Below are positions 37,015 to 49,090 of a DNA stretch of 64,000 nucleotides, in pieces. The DNA comes from Bermanella sp. (lineage in GTDB: Bacteria > Pseudomonadota > Gammaproteobacteria > Pseudomonadales > Oceanobacteraceae), in assembly GCA_029938135.1 (NCBI GenBank), contig JAPYOO010000001.1, positions 1,638 through 65,637 on the forward strand. The letters run 5' to 3'. The notes beneath the pieces were generated by a model. That model had not been told where the DNA came from. It saw nothing but the letters and a program-made list of their open reading frames with translations, and did no database searches. Both the position numbers and the translations under genes were made by a program. Numbering within the stretch: the first letter of the stretch is position 1; the number at the start of each line of letters is the position of its first letter.

Positions 37015-37364
37015 CGGGATATATGACGATAGCCGTCCTGCACCATACCACTAAAGCCCATAAAAACCTCAAACTCCTGTTGAGATACACGCCTAATGCT
37101 TTGTATTTTCGCAGCCGTTTCCAGTTGCACCCTCTCACCGCCAGAGAAACCCAACTCCAATGTTAACAGCAGGCTCTGAAACCTAGGCTGCCCTTCGGTA
37201 TGATCCTTACTATGCAACTGAGCAATGTGCACGTCAGAGCACACAGCACAGACCCCTCTCGGGGAGATTTGACTGCCCAACAGATCAAACACCTGACTTC
37301 CGTCCTCAGTCATGGCATCAACTCTTAAATACTGCTGCGTTACTAAATTCTCTTTGGCCTTCAT
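36978..37364 (-). CDS. PilZ-like domain protein (degenerate)
   Basis: QISPRG in place of D/N-x-S-x-x-G. Beta-rich, ends MGF...I..YI. No RxxxR. Confidence 0.5.
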   Translation of the reverse strand: MKAKENLVTQQYLRVDAMTEDGSQVFDLLGSQISPRGVCAVCSDVHIAQLHSKDHTEGQPRFQSLLLTLELGFSGGERVQLETAAKIQSIRRVSQQEFEVFMGFSGMVQDGYRHISRYIVDSGETSTE

Positions 37365-37635
37365 AATCACTGACTTTTATTAATCCCACTTTAGATAGTA
37401 CCTAGTACAGTAATAACCCAAATAGACTAATAATCAACCAATAGATGGAGTTCTTAACAAATTTGCTACATAGTTGGCATACTTATTACTTAGTTATACA
37501 GAAACGTTCATCTATATTTACTGTGCAACCACCACCCCACGCATTAAAGCCTTACTCTAGCAACGCACTAACCAGAACCACTCTACACTCTTAGCCCTTA
37601 TCTATTTAACAACTAATACAAGAACAACTAAAACA

Positions 37636-37672
37636 AAAAAGGCCCATAAAACAAAGTTTTATGGGCCTTTTT
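37636..37672 (-). terminator. Rho-independent terminator after nqrF
   Basis: AAAAAGGCCCATAAAAC-AAA-GTTTTATGGGCCTTTTT. Confidence 0.85.
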
Positions 37673-37687
37673 AATACTTTGCAACGA

Positions 37688-38920
37688 TTAGCCAAAGTCA
37701 TCTAACATGATATTTTCAGGCTCAACGCCTAAATCTAATAACATATTAGTTACCGCTTGGTTCATGATTGGAGGACCACACATATAGAACTCACAATCTT
37801 CAGGTGCAGGGTGTTTACTTAAGTATTCCGCAAGCAATACATTATGTATAAACCCAGTCATGCCTTCCCAATTATCTTCTGGCTGAGGGTCTGACATAGC
37901 TACATTCCAGCTAAAGTTATCAAACTCAGCGGCTAAAGCATCATATTCATCCTGATAAAAGAGCTCACGTAAAGAGCGAGCACCATACCAGAAGCTTATC
38001 TTACGAGAAGACTTCAAGCGCTTAAGCTGATCAAAGATATGTGAACGCATTGGCGCCATTCCGGCACCACCACCAATAAATACCATTTCGGCATCAGTGT
38101 CCTTGGCAAAGAACTCACCAAATGGACCGTAAACCGTCACCTTGTCTCCTGGCTTCATATCAAACACATAGGATGACATGATACCTGGATTTATACCTTC
38201 GCTGCGCGGAGGCGGTGTGGCAATACGAATATTAAACTTAACAACACCCTGCTCTTCAGGGTAGTTCGCCATTGAATATGCACGTATCACGGTTTCTTTA
38301 TTTACCGCTTTAAGGTCAAAGAACTTAAAGTGCTTCCAGTCGCCGCGATATTCTTCTTCTATATCAAACGATGAAAAGTCAATTTCATATGGAGGGCATT
38401 CTAACTGCACATAACCGCCTGCTCGGAAATCAACACTCTCCCCTTCAGGCAACTTAAGCGTTAGCTCTTTGATAAACGTGGCAACATTTGGGTTAGATTC
38501 AACCGTACATTCCCATTTCTTAACACCAAAGACTTCGTCTTCAACTTGAATTTTCATGTCCTGCTTAACAGGTACCTGACAAGACAATCTCCAGCCATCA
38601 CGAGCATCACCCTTAGTGAAGTGAGACTCTTCAGTAGGCAGCATTGAGCCGCCCCCATCAAACACCTGACACTTACACTGAGCACATGTACCACCGCCGC
38701 CACAGGCAGACGATAAAAACACACCGTTACTGGCAAGGGTTTGCAATAGCTTATCACCTGCCGGCGCGGTAATGCTTTTTGCAGGATCACCATTAATTTC
38801 AATGGTCACATCGCCACTGCTCACTAGTTGTGCACGAGCACTTAATATAATCGCTACTAGGGTCAGAACCATGCCGGTAAACATGACAACACCTAGGATA
38901 ATTTCTGTATATTCAGCCAT
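37688..38920 (-). CDS. nqrF: Na+-translocating NADH:quinone reductase subunit F
   Basis: [14 protein letters not shown] (2Fe-2S), [31 protein letters not shown]. Confidence 0.98.
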   Translation of the reverse strand: MAEYTEIILGVVMFTGMVLTLVAIILSARAQLVSSGDVTIEINGDPAKSITAPAGDKLLQTLASNGVFLSSACGGGGTCAQCKCQVFDGGGSMLPTEESHFTKGDARDGWRLSCQVPVKQDMKIQVEDEVFGVKKWECTVESNPNVATFIKELTLKLPEGESVDFRAGGYVQLECPPYEIDFSSFDIEEEYRGDWKHFKFFDLKAVNKETVIRAYSMANYPEEQGVVKFNIRIATPPPRSEGINPGIMSSYVFDMKPGDKVTVYGPFGEFFAKDTDAEMVFIGGGAGMAPMRSHIFDQLKRLKSSRKISFWYGARSLRELFYQDEYDALAAEFDNFSWNVAMSDPQPEDNWEGMTGFIHNVLLAEYLSKHPAPEDCEFYMCGPPIMNQAVTNMLLDLGVEPENIMLDDFG

Positions 38921-38934
38921 TTTTTGTCATGTCC

Positions 38935-39543
38935 TTATAGTGATACGCCAGAGAATGACATAAAGCCCAAAGACATCAGTCCCACCGTCATAAAGGTGAT
39001 TCCTAATCCTTGAAGGCCTTTAGGCACATCGCTATATTTAAGTTTTTCACGGATACCTGCTAATGCTGCGATGGCTAACGCCCAACCTACACCAGCACCA
39101 ATGCCATATACCACGGATTCACCAAACTGATAATCACGCTCCACCATAAATAATGATGCACCCATGATCGCACAGTTCACGGTAATCAACGGCAAGAACA
39201 CACCCAGCGCGCTGTACAGCGCTGGCACATATTTATCGAGTACCATTTCTAGAATCTGAACCATCGCAGCAATTACACCAATGTAGCTCAGTAATCCCAA
39301 GAAACTTAGATCAACATTTGGGTAACCTGCCCATGTAAGTGCACCTTCTTTAAGTAGATATACATAAATAAGATTGTTTACCGGTACGGTAATAGCCTGC
39401 ACTACGATTACCGCAATACCAAGGCCAATGGCGGTTTCAACTTTTTTGGAAATCGCCAAAAAAGTACACATGCCCAAGAAAAAAGCCAAAGCCATGTTTT
39501 CAATAAATACGGCTTTCACAAACAGAGAAATATAATGTTCCAT
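38935..39543 (-). CDS. nqrE: Na+-NQR subunit E
   Basis: [39 protein letters not shown]. Confidence 0.98.
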   Translation of the reverse strand: MEHYISLFVKAVFIENMALAFFLGMCTFLAISKKVETAIGLGIAVIVVQAITVPVNNLIYVYLLKEGALTWAGYPNVDLSFLGLLSYIGVIAAMVQILEMVLDKYVPALYSALGVFLPLITVNCAIMGASLFMVERDYQFGESVVYGIGAGVGWALAIAALAGIREKLKYSDVPKGLQGLGITFMTVGLMSLGFMSFSGVSL

Positions 39544-40205
39544 TAGTGAACTCCTGACGTTTCAGTATTGGGCGAAATAACAAAATCCGCTTTTTCAACT
39601 TGCGCAGGGATTAAGGTACGAGACAACCAAATAAACAAACCAATTAAGAAAAAGGCACTTGGTGGCAGTAACAATAAACCGTTGCTGTAATACCAGCCGC
39701 CATTTGTCACTAAAGGAAGAACCTCTAAGCCAAACAATGAACCCGAACCTAGCAGTTCACGAATAACGGCAACAAATATCAATACCACGCTGTAACCCAA
39801 ACCATTACCAATACCATCTAAAAAGCTAAGGCCTGGAGGGTTTTTCATGGCGAATGCTTCTGCACGCCCCATTACAATACAGTTAGTAATAATCAGACCA
39901 ACAAATACTGATAGCTGCTTGCTCACATCGTAAGCATAAGCCTTTAGTATCTGATCAACCACGATAACCAAAGAGGCTATGATGGTCATCTGAACAATAA
40001 TACGAATATTTCCAGGAATATGATTACGAATTAGTGCAATCGCAAAGTTTGAACAAGCCGTTACCGCGGTTAGTGCGATACACATAACCAAGGTTACATT
40101 CAGGCTAGTCGTTACAGCTAAAGCCGAACACACACCCAAAATTTGAATAGCAATTGGATTATTTGTCAGCAGAGGCTGGGTTAATACTTCTTTAATAGAT
40201 GACAT
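39543..40205 (-). CDS. nqrD: Na+-NQR subunit D
   Basis: [33 protein letters not shown]. Confidence 0.98.
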   Translation of the reverse strand: MSSIKEVLTQPLLTNNPIAIQILGVCSALAVTTSLNVTLVMCIALTAVTACSNFAIALIRNHIPGNIRIIVQMTIIASLVIVVDQILKAYAYDVSKQLSVFVGLIITNCIVMGRAEAFAMKNPPGLSFLDGIGNGLGYSVVLIFVAVIRELLGSGSLFGLEVLPLVTNGGWYYSNGLLLLPPSAFFLIGLFIWLSRTLIPAQVEKADFVISPNTETSGVH

Positions 40206-40206
40206 A

Positions 40207-41013
40207 CTAAACTCCCTGCCCTTTCAAAGTTGCCAAGAAACCCGCAAAACCTTTATTACCCAACCAAAAACGCATTAGGTTTTTTACACCGTTACTGGTT
40301 AAGGTTGCACCGGACAAACCATCTACTTGGTTAATCTCTTTGTCATTACCGGCAATCACTTTGCCTTTCACAACATCAATGGCAACAGAGCCAGCCGCAT
40401 CATGAATTTTTTTACCAACCCACAAAGCTTTCCAAGAAGGGTTATCTATTTCTCCGCCAAGCCCAGGTGTTTCACCGTGAGCGTAGAAACCAAGACCTGC
40501 GATTGTTTCAGCATCACCTTCAAGCGCTACAAAACCATATAAGGTGGACCACAATCCATAACCATGGATTGGCAAGATAATACGATCTACAGAACCTTCT
40601 TTTTCAACCACAAAAATAGCCGCAAACTTCTCTAAGCGCTTAATGCTCGCCGGATCTTGTTTGCCAGGTAATGCAGCACTGTAGTTTACATCTTTAGACA
40701 AACGTCGCTGATTAAAGGTTTCAAGTGGGTAGCCTGCAGCTTCCAACTTATTCAGTTCAGTTTCAGTTGCGTAGTCGCCCGTCTCTAAATTTACGATTCG
40801 GGTTGTTACACGCTTAAACTGCTCTTCGATCGTTTTATCAGGCTGCAATAAACCCGCTGCGGCCAAAATATTTTTACGCTTATCTTCAAGCTTGTTTTTA
40901 AGTTGCATTGGCTTTAAAGAAACCGCTGCACCCGACACAATAATTGAGCACACAAGGCACAACAATACCGCGACCAAAATGGTTTTTTGAATACTATCGT
41001 TATTAGCTGACAT
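40207..41013 (-). CDS. nqrC: Na+-NQR subunit C
   Basis: [31 protein letters not shown] (FMN-Thr). ATG 41013. Confidence 0.97.
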   Translation of the reverse strand: MSANNDSIQKTILVAVLLCLVCSIIVSGAAVSLKPMQLKNKLEDKRKNILAAAGLLQPDKTIEEQFKRVTTRIVNLETGDYATETELNKLEAAGYPLETFNQRRLSKDVNYSAALPGKQDPASIKRLEKFAAIFVVEKEGSVDRIILPIHGYGLWSTLYGFVALEGDAETIAGLGFYAHGETPGLGGEIDNPSWKALWVGKKIHDAAGSVAIDVVKGKVIAGNDKEINQVDGLSGATLTSNGVKNLMRFWLGNKGFAGFLATLKGQGV

Positions 41014-42211
41014 TACGGGCAACCCTCCGTTTAATATTTGCTTGCACTACAAAGTGATCGATTAAAGGTGCAAATAGGTTTGCAAATAAAATCGCTAACA
41101 TCATGCCCTCAGGGAAGGCTGGGTTAATCACTCGAATCATTACGACCATCAAGCCAATTAAAGCACCAAAGTAGAATTTACCTTTATTGGTCATAGACGC
41201 GGATACCGGATCGGTCGCCATGAATATCATACCAAAAGCAAAACCACCCACTACTAAGTGCCAATACCAAGGCATAGCAAACATAGCGTTAGTGTCAGAA
41301 CCAACAAAGTTAAGTAATAAGCTCAAAGAGACCATGCCTATCATAACCCCGGCAACAATACGCCAAGACGCAATGCCCATGAACATCAATACCGCACCGC
41401 CAAGGAAAATCGCGATGGTACTGGTTTCACCAATAGAGCCAGGGATCGTTCCGGCAAACGCATCAAACCACGTCACACCAAATGCCAGTACAGATTCAAT
41501 GCCACCTGTTGCCGCCAAACCTAATGGAGTAGCACCAGAGAACCCGTCAACAGCAGTCCAAACCGCATCGCCAGAAATCTGTGCAGGGTAAGCAAAGAAT
41601 AAAAACGCTCGGCCCGCTAACGCTGGGTTAAGAAAGTTTTTACCGGTACCACCAAATATTTCTTTGCCTATTACGATGCCAAAGCTAATGCCCAATGCCA
41701 CTTGCCACAATGGAATATCAGGTGGGCAGATTAGTGCAAACAAAATGGAGGTAACAAAGAAACCTTCGTTCACTTCATGGCCGCGTACAGATGCAAATAA
41801 CACCTCCCAAAAGCCACCAACTACAAAGGTCACAGCATAAATAGGTAGGAAGTAACTGGCACCAAATATAAGGTTATCCCAGATGCTTGCAGAGTTATGC
41901 CCCGCTAACATTGAAATGATGCTGCCATGCCAATCATTAACTGAAGTGACACCCATCACGTCCATTGCCGTATTAGCCTGAAACCCTAAGTTCCACATGC
42001 CAAAAAACATAGCAGGAAAAGCACACAACCATACAGTAATCATAATGCGCTTAAGGTCTATGCCATCGCGTACATGAGCACTGTTATTAGTAACAGATGG
42101 TGGAGAATACAAGCCGGTATCAATCGCTTCATAAAGCGGGTAAAGCTTTTCCAACTTCCCCCCTTTTATGAAATGAGGCTCTAAACTTTCGATATATGAT
42201 TTTAAGCCCAT
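41003..42211 (-). CDS. nqrB: Na+-NQR subunit B
   Basis: [34 protein letters not shown] (FMN-Thr), ATDPVS. Confidence 0.98.
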   Translation of the reverse strand: MGLKSYIESLEPHFIKGGKLEKLYPLYEAIDTGLYSPPSVTNNSAHVRDGIDLKRIMITVWLCAFPAMFFGMWNLGFQANTAMDVMGVTSVNDWHGSIISMLAGHNSASIWDNLIFGASYFLPIYAVTFVVGGFWEVLFASVRGHEVNEGFFVTSILFALICPPDIPLWQVALGISFGIVIGKEIFGGTGKNFLNPALAGRAFLFFAYPAQISGDAVWTAVDGFSGATPLGLAATGGIESVLAFGVTWFDAFAGTIPGSIGETSTIAIFLGGAVLMFMGIASWRIVAGVMIGMVSLSLLLNFVGSDTNAMFAMPWYWHLVVGGFAFGMIFMATDPVSASMTNKGKFYFGALIGLMVVMIRVINPAFPEGMMLAILFANLFAPLIDHFVVQANIKRRVARNVS

Positions 42212-42213
42212 GA

Positions 42214-43545
42214 TTATGCCTCTTTCTCTATACGTTCTAGATTATTACGTAAGATTGGGCCGTATTCATATTTGCCGGGGCAAACATAAGTACATAACGC
42301 CAAATCTTCTTCATCCAACTCTAAAACGCCCAATTTAATGGCCACATCCATATCCTCTACAATTAAAGCACGCAGCAATTGTGTAGGAAGAACATCCAAT
42401 GGCATTATTTTTTCGTAACCACCTAGTGGCACCATTGCTCGTTCACTACCGTTAGTCGTGGTAGTAAAATCGAATAATTTTTTAGGCATTAACTTAGATA
42501 AGTAAATGCGCATCACCGAATGACGCTCTATACCTGGAGAGAAATAATGCAGGAATTTACGGTCACGGCCTTCTTCAAGCACTGAAACCTGATTATTAAA
42601 ACGACCTAAATATGCGGTAGTGCCCGTGGCGGTTCGGCCACCTAGAACAGAACCTGAAATAACACGATTTTCACCGGACTTAAGTTCGTTTTCAGTTAGC
42701 TCACTCAAGTCAGCGCCTACAAAGGTAGATACCAGACGAGGATTTTCCACTTGAGGGCCAGCTATTGACACAACTCGCTCTGAATGAACCTTACCGGTAG
42801 TAAAAAGCTGACCAAATGCAATGACATCTTGGTAACCCACATGCCAAACAACTTTTGATTCACTTACTGGGTCCAAGAAATGAATCTGAGTGCCTACTAA
42901 GCCTGCAGGGTGAGGCCCACTCACGTCAACAGCCTGTACGCCGGCAACAGGAATGTCACTATTAGGTACACGACTTACAAATACATTATCACTCAAACAC
43001 CCTAATACAGCCAAACCATTAGCAAATGCTTCTTTGTTTTCAGCAATCACCACGACAGGGTCCGCCGCTAAAGGCTGAGTATCTAAAGCAGAAACAAAAA
43101 TGGAGCTAGGTTTAGTGCCTGGAGCAGGTACTTTTGAAAACGGACGTGTTCGAATAGCCGTCCAAGCACCAGATTCAATTAATTGGTCTTGTACTTGCTC
43201 ACGGGATAATGAAGAAAGCTCAGTAGCCGCGAATGATTTAAACTCAACAGACTCATCACCTTGCACCTCAATCACTATGGATTCAAATACACGACGCGCC
43301 CCACGGTTTATTTCTTTAACCACCCCGGATGCCGGAGAGGTATAAATAACACCTTCGGTTTTTTTATCGCCAAAGAGCGCCTGCCCTTTTTTAACTTTAT
43401 CACCCACCTGAACTAACATGGTGGGTTTCATTCCATTAAAGTCAGAACCTACCAATGCTACTTTGGAAACCCCATTACCTTTGGTAATGCTTTGCTTGGG
43501 TTTTCCAGAGATGGGTAGATCAAGACCTTTTTTAATTTTGATCAT
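42214..43545 (-). CDS. nqrA: Na+-NQR subunit A
   Basis: [50 protein letters not shown]. Confidence 0.98.
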   Translation of the reverse strand: MIKIKKGLDLPISGKPKQSITKGNGVSKVALVGSDFNGMKPTMLVQVGDKVKKGQALFGDKKTEGVIYTSPASGVVKEINRGARRVFESIVIEVQGDESVEFKSFAATELSSLSREQVQDQLIESGAWTAIRTRPFSKVPAPGTKPSSIFVSALDTQPLAADPVVVIAENKEAFANGLAVLGCLSDNVFVSRVPNSDIPVAGVQAVDVSGPHPAGLVGTQIHFLDPVSESKVVWHVGYQDVIAFGQLFTTGKVHSERVVSIAGPQVENPRLVSTFVGADLSELTENELKSGENRVISGSVLGGRTATGTTAYLGRFNNQVSVLEEGRDRKFLHYFSPGIERHSVMRIYLSKLMPKKLFDFTTTTNGSERAMVPLGGYEKIMPLDVLPTQLLRALIVEDMDVAIKLGVLELDEEDLALCTYVCPGKYEYGPILRNNLERIEKEA

Positions 43546-43887
43546 ATGCTTGCCTAATCACAGTTCAAAAAATTCTTAACGCTTGCGTATTAATTACGGC
43601 GCGTTTTTGCTTATTTTTCAGACAGTTACAAAAATTTTACAACTGTCCTTATAAAATCTGGGCGGTAGTATAGACACACCATCTTTAGGTGGCTAGCTCT
43701 AACTACATATCTACCCCTATGTATCAAAAATAAGTATAGACAGAACTTTAATTACTGCCTATTTTTTGATCGCAAGGATAAAAAAACACCCCATTAGGAG
43801 TAGTTTTATATTGTTTGGCGATTTACAACCAATACATATAGCCACAATATTACCTATAATCCAAAGAACCCGTCTTTTACAAGACAT

Positions 43888-43917
43888 AAAAAAAGCCGCT
43901 TAAAAGCGGCTTTTTTT
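43888..43917 (-). terminator. Rho-independent terminator after gap
   Basis: AAAAAAAGCCGCT-TAAA-AGCGGCTTTTTTT. Confidence 0.85.
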
Positions 43918-43918
43918 A

Positions 43919-45367
43919 TTATTTAACCAGTGGGTACACTGGGTAATCAACACCACATAATTGCTCTGCGATGCGAACCACCTGACAGCTATAACCGTAT
44001 TCGTTATCGTACCAAACATAAACATTCACACGATTATCACTTACGATCGTCGCTTCACCATCAACAATACCCGCACAGCGATTACCAACAAAGTCGCTGG
44101 AAACCACTTCAGGGCTTTTTACATAATCAATTTGCTTGTGCAAAGCCGAATGTAAAGAAGCATCGCGCAAGAAAGAGTTTAAATCATCCTTCTCAACACT
44201 CTTCTTCAATGTTAACGACAAAATAGCCATGGAGACATTAGGTGTCGGTACGCGAATGGCATTACCAGTCAACTTACCCGCCAATTCAGGTAACGCTTTA
44301 GCAACCGCTTTAGCAGCACCTGTTTCAGTGATAACCATGTTTAAAGCCGCCGCACGACCACGACGATCACCAGCATGATAGTTATCAATTAGGTTTTGAT
44401 CGTTTGTATAAGAATGAACCGTTTCAACGTGCCCACACTCTACACCGTATTCATCATTCAACGCTTTAAGAACAGGGGTAATAGCATTGGTAGTACAAGA
44501 TGCGGCAGAGATAATAGTATCACTGTCTTTAATATCACCCTGATTCACGCCGTATACGATATTCTTTAAGTCGCCTTTGCCAGGCGCCGTTAACAATACA
44601 CGGGCGATACCTTCACAATTTGCATGCTGACTAAGACCATCTTCATCACGCCAAACACCCGTATTGTCGATTAAAAGCGCATCTTTAATACCGTATTGTG
44701 TGTAATCAATTTCGCTAGGGTTATTGGCGTAAATGATTTTAATGTAGGTGCCGTTGGCGATTAAGGCGTTATTCTCTTCATCAACCTGGATAGTACCCTT
44801 GAATGAGCCGTGAATAGAGTCACGACGCAGCAAGCTTGCACGCTTAACAAGGTCATCGCCCTTAGCCTTACGAACCACGATGGCACGCAAGCGCATACCC
44901 TGGCCGCCACCCGCTTTCTCAATCATTATGCGTGCTAACAAACGACCAATACGACCAAAACCGTAAAGCACTACGTCTTCGCCCGTTTTACAGTCTGGCG
45001 TACTTTTTATAAGATCTTTAAGCTGCTCTTCAATGAAGTCTTTTAAAGACGCGCCATTGGCTTGCGTAGTAAATCTAACCGCCAATTTACCAATATCGAT
45101 ATGGCAGCATGTTAAACCAAGATCACTGATAATTTTCAAGATAGGAAATGTTTCTTGAACAGACAATTCCTGACTTTCAACTCGACGTACAAATCGGTGA
45201 GCTTTAAGAATATCAATCACTGAACGATTAATGATAGCGCGGCCATATACCGACAATACAACGCTGTTCTTACGGTAAAGACTACCGATCAAAGGGATCA
45301 TGGATTCGGCGGTTTCTTCGCGCGCTTTCCATTCATTCAAGCTGGCATCACATACATCTTGACTCAC
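43919..45367 (-). CDS. gap: Glyceraldehyde-3-phosphate dehydrogenase, long N-terminal-extension type
   Basis: LYGFGRIGRL, SAASCTTNA (catalytic Cys), ETGAAKAV, WYDNEYGYS. GTG 45367 follows a GAGGAAG RBS. Confidence 0.93.
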   Translation of the reverse strand: MSQDVCDASLNEWKAREETAESMIPLIGSLYRKNSVVLSVYGRAIINRSVIDILKAHRFVRRVESQELSVQETFPILKIISDLGLTCCHIDIGKLAVRFTTQANGASLKDFIEEQLKDLIKSTPDCKTGEDVVLYGFGRIGRLLARIMIEKAGGGQGMRLRAIVVRKAKGDDLVKRASLLRRDSIHGSFKGTIQVDEENNALIANGTYIKIIYANNPSEIDYTQYGIKDALLIDNTGVWRDEDGLSQHANCEGIARVLLTAPGKGDLKNIVYGVNQGDIKDSDTIISAASCTTNAITPVLKALNDEYGVECGHVETVHSYTNDQNLIDNYHAGDRRGRAAALNMVITETGAAKAVAKALPELAGKLTGNAIRVPTPNVSMAILSLTLKKSVEKDDLNSFLRDASLHSALHKQIDYVKSPEVVSSDFVGNRCAGIVDGEATIVSDNRVNVYVWYDNEYGYSCQVVRIAEQLCGVDYPVYPLVK

Positions 45368-45646
45368 AGGCCACTTCCTCAATTTATAACGCTAAAAATT
45401 TGGGCGATATTATGCCTTTAAAGCGCCCCAAGCTCAATGAAGCATTCTCAATCAGCCCTTTGTGGGTAAGAAATACTGGTTTGTGTACCCATAAAACTAA
45501 TGCCAGCACCCAGCTTTTCTGTCGCTCATGCTCAAACTGACCAACATTTAAAGTATTCGGTCCCGACTAACCATCACCATGCTTAACAGGCAACGAAGCT
45601 TGGCGTACACTAGCTCTCCTTTAATTTACAAGAAATAAGGCAGCAC

Positions 45647-48600
45647 ATGGCGGCAGGGACAGTTATTCCCAAGAAGGCGGGAGATATTATTAATTGGGGC
45701 CACGTTGAAGGCTCTCTTCTCGCACACAGTATCGCTCAAGCAGCTCAGCAATATTCTGGTTTAACACTGGTTGTCGCCAACTCAGGTGCGCACAGTCTTA
45801 GCCTAAGCGAAGAGCTACGCTATTTCTTTGATGGCAAAGTTTTTAACCTGCCCGACTGGGAAACACTGCCTTACGATTATTTCTCCCCCCACCAAGATAT
45901 TATTTCTGAGCGCTTAAGCACCTTAGTAAAGTTACCACAGGCCAAAAACAGCATTCTTGTCATACCGGCCATGGCCTTACAATTACGTCTCCCCCCAAGC
46001 ACCTATATTTTAGGCCACAGCTTTAGCATAAAAGTTGGCGAGACTCTTAATTTGGAGCAACTAAAAGGCAATCTTATTTCATCGGGTTACCAGGCAGTGG
46101 ATAGCGTATTTGAACACGGTGAGTTTTGTGTACGCGGCGCTATTTTAGATATCTACCCAATGGGCAGCGACCAGCCATTTCGCTTGGAACTTTTTGATGA
46201 CGAAGTAGAAACCATTCGCTGGTTTAATCCAGAAAACCAACGATCAACCGAAAGCGTCAATGAAATTGAATTATTACCCGCCAAAGAAGTGCCCCTGGAT
46301 AAAAATGGCATCCGTTGCTTTAAACAACGCTGGTTTGACTTCTTTGATACTGATCCAAAACAATCACCACTATACATGGATGTCACCAAACAAATTCCAC
46401 CCGGTGGCATAGAGTACTACCTGCCTTTATTCTTTGAAGAAACCGCCACTTTATTTGATTATTTACCAAAAGATTGCCAAATTATATTTGATGAGAATTT
46501 AGAAAAAAGCCTTCAACAAAACTGGCGCGACATTGAAAGTCGTTACGAAGATCGCCGTCACGACCTACGCCATCCAGTACTACCACCCAAAGAGCTGTAT
46601 CTAAACGACAATGAAAGTTTTGCCCACTTCAAAACCTTTGGTCGCATTAAAGTCCACAAACAAGCGCTAGCCGAACAAGCCGGTCGCTACAACTTTACGC
46701 AACCTGAACTTCCTAATTTGCAAATCGAGCACAAACAAGAACAGCCTCTTGCCAAACTTGAAAACTTTTTAATGGAAAATGCCTCTCCAGTTATTTTTTG
46801 TGCTGAAAGTGCTGGCCGTCGTGAAGCTTTGTTAGAGCTATTGCAACGCATTGGGGTTACGCCCCACATCATTGATGATTGGCTAGACATTAACGACACC
46901 CAGTTCGACCACGCCATCACCACCGCACCACTTGAACACAGCTTTTACGACTCCCAAAATGATACATGGATCATCAGTGAAAACGCCCTTTTTGGCGAGC
47001 GCATCAAACAGCAACGCCGCCAGAAAAAAGAAAAAGATCAAAGCGAAAATGTTATTCGCAACCTTACCGAGCTTACGTTAGGTGCCGCTGTAGTTCACAT
47101 TGATCATGGTGTGGGCCGTTATCGCGGCATGCAAACCATAGAGATTGACAAAGAGACCTCCGAGTTTGTGATGCTCGAATATGCGGAAGAAGCAAAGCTG
47201 TACGTACCTGTAGCCTCATTGCATTTAATTAGCCGTTACAGTGGCAGCGATACCGACATGGCTCCACTGCATCGCTTGGGTACTGAAAAATGGTCACTGC
47301 AACGCCGTAAAGCCTTAGAAAAAATTCGTGATACCGCAGCTGAATTATTAGACGTATACGCCAAGCGAGAAGCAAAACCCGGCTTTAGTTTTAAATTCCC
47401 ACGGGAAAATTACGAAATCTTTGCCGCTGACTTTCCGTTTGAAGAAACTCCCGATCAAAAAACCAGTATCAATGCCGTTATCTCCGACATGATGAAACCC
47501 CGCGCCATGGACCGCTTAGTCTGTGGTGACGTAGGCTTTGGTAAAACAGAGGTGGCATTGCGTGCCGCATTTATGGCAGTTCAAAATGGGCGTCAAGTTG
47601 CTGTTTTAGTGCCCACCACCCTACTTGCCCAACAACATTTTGAAACCTTTCGTGACCGATTTGCCGATTGGCCCATAAAAATTGAAAGCCTGTCGCGCTT
47701 TAAAACGGGCCAAGCCAAAACCAAAGCAATACAAGCACTTGAAGATGGCACAGCCGACATTGTAGTAGGCACCCATAAATTGCTGCAGCCCGATGTGAAA
47801 TTCAAAAACCTAGGCCTACTTGTCATCGATGAAGAGCATCGTTTTGGTGTACAGCAAAAAGAGCGGGTTAAAGCCTTGCGAGCAGACATTGACATCCTCA
47901 CTATGACCGCCACCCCCATACCCAGAACATTAAATATGGCTATGTCCGGGGTCAGGGATTTATCTATTATTGCAACGCCACCCGCCAGACGGTTAGCGGT
48001 TAAAACCTTTAATAAAATATGGGATGAACATTTAATCAAAGAAGCCGTATTACGAGAGATATTACGTGGTGGGCAGGTTTATTATTTACACAACGAAGTT
48101 AAAAGCATAGAAAAGACCGCCGAAACTTTACGAGCACTTATTCCTGATGCCCGTGTCGGGGTGGCCCACGGACAAATGTCTGAGCGCCAACTTGAATCGG
48201 TTATGAGTGATTTTTATCACAAACGTTTCAATGTACTACTGTGTACCACCATCATTGAGACCGGTATTGATGTACCCAACGCCAATACCATTATTATTGA
48301 ACGTGCCGATAAATTTGGTCTCGCTCAATTACACCAACTTAGAGGCCGCGTAGGCCGAAGCCATCACCAAGCTTATGCGTACCTACTGTCCCCTGTTGAG
48401 AAAAAAGTCAGTAAAGATGCCGAAAAACGTCTAGATGCCATTAGTAACGCTCAAAACCTAGGGGCAGGTTTCATGCTGGCCACACACGATTTAGAGATTC
48501 GTGGCGCGGGTGAATTACTGGGTGAAGAACAAAGTGGGCAAATTCATAATATGGGCTTTAGCCTATACATGGATTTACTTGACCGAGCCGTTGCTGCCAT

Positions 48601-49090
48601 TAAAGCCGGTAAAGAAATCAATATAGACACCCCAATAGACAACATTGCCGAAATTAATTTACGCATACCCGCGTTAATTCCTGAGGATTATTTACCCGAT
48701 GTTCACAGCCGCCTGATTTTATATAAACGCATTAGTAGCGCCAAAGACAAAGGTGAGTTAAGAGACTTACAAGTGGAAATGATTGACCGTTTTGGGCTTT
48801 TAACCAAAGAAGTTAAGTTTTTATTTAGAGTCACTGAGCTTAAATTTAGATTGGGTGACATGGGCATTGTTAAACTGGATGCAGGCGAAAAACAAGGCCG
48901 CATTGAGTTTGGTGCCACCACCAAAGTGGATCCTTATACTATGGTGCGCTTAGTACAAACCAAACCTGCCAGCTACAAACTAGAAGGCGCTAACGCCTTA
49001 AAGTTTATTTTTGATATGCCCGATGCGGAATCGCGCTTTAAAACCATTGATAATGTATTGGCAATATTGTCAGTGCCAGGAAATTTATGA
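45647..49090 (+). CDS. mfd: Transcription-repair coupling factor
   Basis: PDWETLPYD, GDVGFGKTEVA, DEEHRFGV, TATPIPRTL, QLHQLRGRVGR, HDLEIRGAGELLG. Confidence 0.98.
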   Translation: MAAGTVIPKKAGDIINWGHVEGSLLAHSIAQAAQQYSGLTLVVANSGAHSLSLSEELRYFFDGKVFNLPDWETLPYDYFSPHQDIISERLSTLVKLPQAKNSILVIPAMALQLRLPPSTYILGHSFSIKVGETLNLEQLKGNLISSGYQAVDSVFEHGEFCVRGAILDIYPMGSDQPFRLELFDDEVETIRWFNPENQRSTESVNEIELLPAKEVPLDKNGIRCFKQRWFDFFDTDPKQSPLYMDVTKQIPPGGIEYYLPLFFEETATLFDYLPKDCQIIFDENLEKSLQQNWRDIESRYEDRRHDLRHPVLPPKELYLNDNESFAHFKTFGRIKVHKQALAEQAGRYNFTQPELPNLQIEHKQEQPLAKLENFLMENASPVIFCAESAGRREALLELLQRIGVTPHIIDDWLDINDTQFDHAITTAPLEHSFYDSQNDTWIISENALFGERIKQQRRQKKEKDQSENVIRNLTELTLGAAVVHIDHGVGRYRGMQTIEIDKETSEFVMLEYAEEAKLYVPVASLHLISRYSGSDTDMAPLHRLGTEKWSLQRRKALEKIRDTAAELLDVYAKREAKPGFSFKFPRENYEIFAADFPFEETPDQKTSINAVISDMMKPRAMDRLVCGDVGFGKTEVALRAAFMAVQNGRQVAVLVPTTLLAQQHFETFRDRFADWPIKIESLSRFKTGQAKTKAIQALEDGTADIVVGTHKLLQPDVKFKNLGLLVIDEEHRFGVQQKERVKALRADIDILTMTATPIPRTLNMAMSGVRDLSIIATPPARRLAVKTFNKIWDEHLIKEAVLREILRGGQVYYLHNEVKSIEKTAETLRALIPDARVGVAHGQMSERQLESVMSDFYHKRFNVLLCTTIIETGIDVPNANTIIIERADKFGLAQLHQLRGRVGRSHHQAYAYLLSPVEKKVSKDAEKRLDAISNAQNLGAGFMLATHDLEIRGAGELLGEEQSGQIHNMGFSLYMDLLDRAVAAIKAGKEINIDTPIDNIAEINLRIPALIPEDYLPDVHSRLILYKRISSAKDKGELRDLQVEMIDRFGLLTKEVKFLFRVTELKFRLGDMGIVKLDAGEKQGRIEFGATTKVDPYTMVRLVQTKPASYKLEGANALKFIFDMPDAESRFKTIDNVLAILSVPGNL

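Noticed and set aside
37371-37635. C-rich, G-poor intergenic stretch after the nqrF terminator
   Set aside because: No ORF, stable hairpin or RNA family recognised. It is consistent with strand skew and a promoter region.
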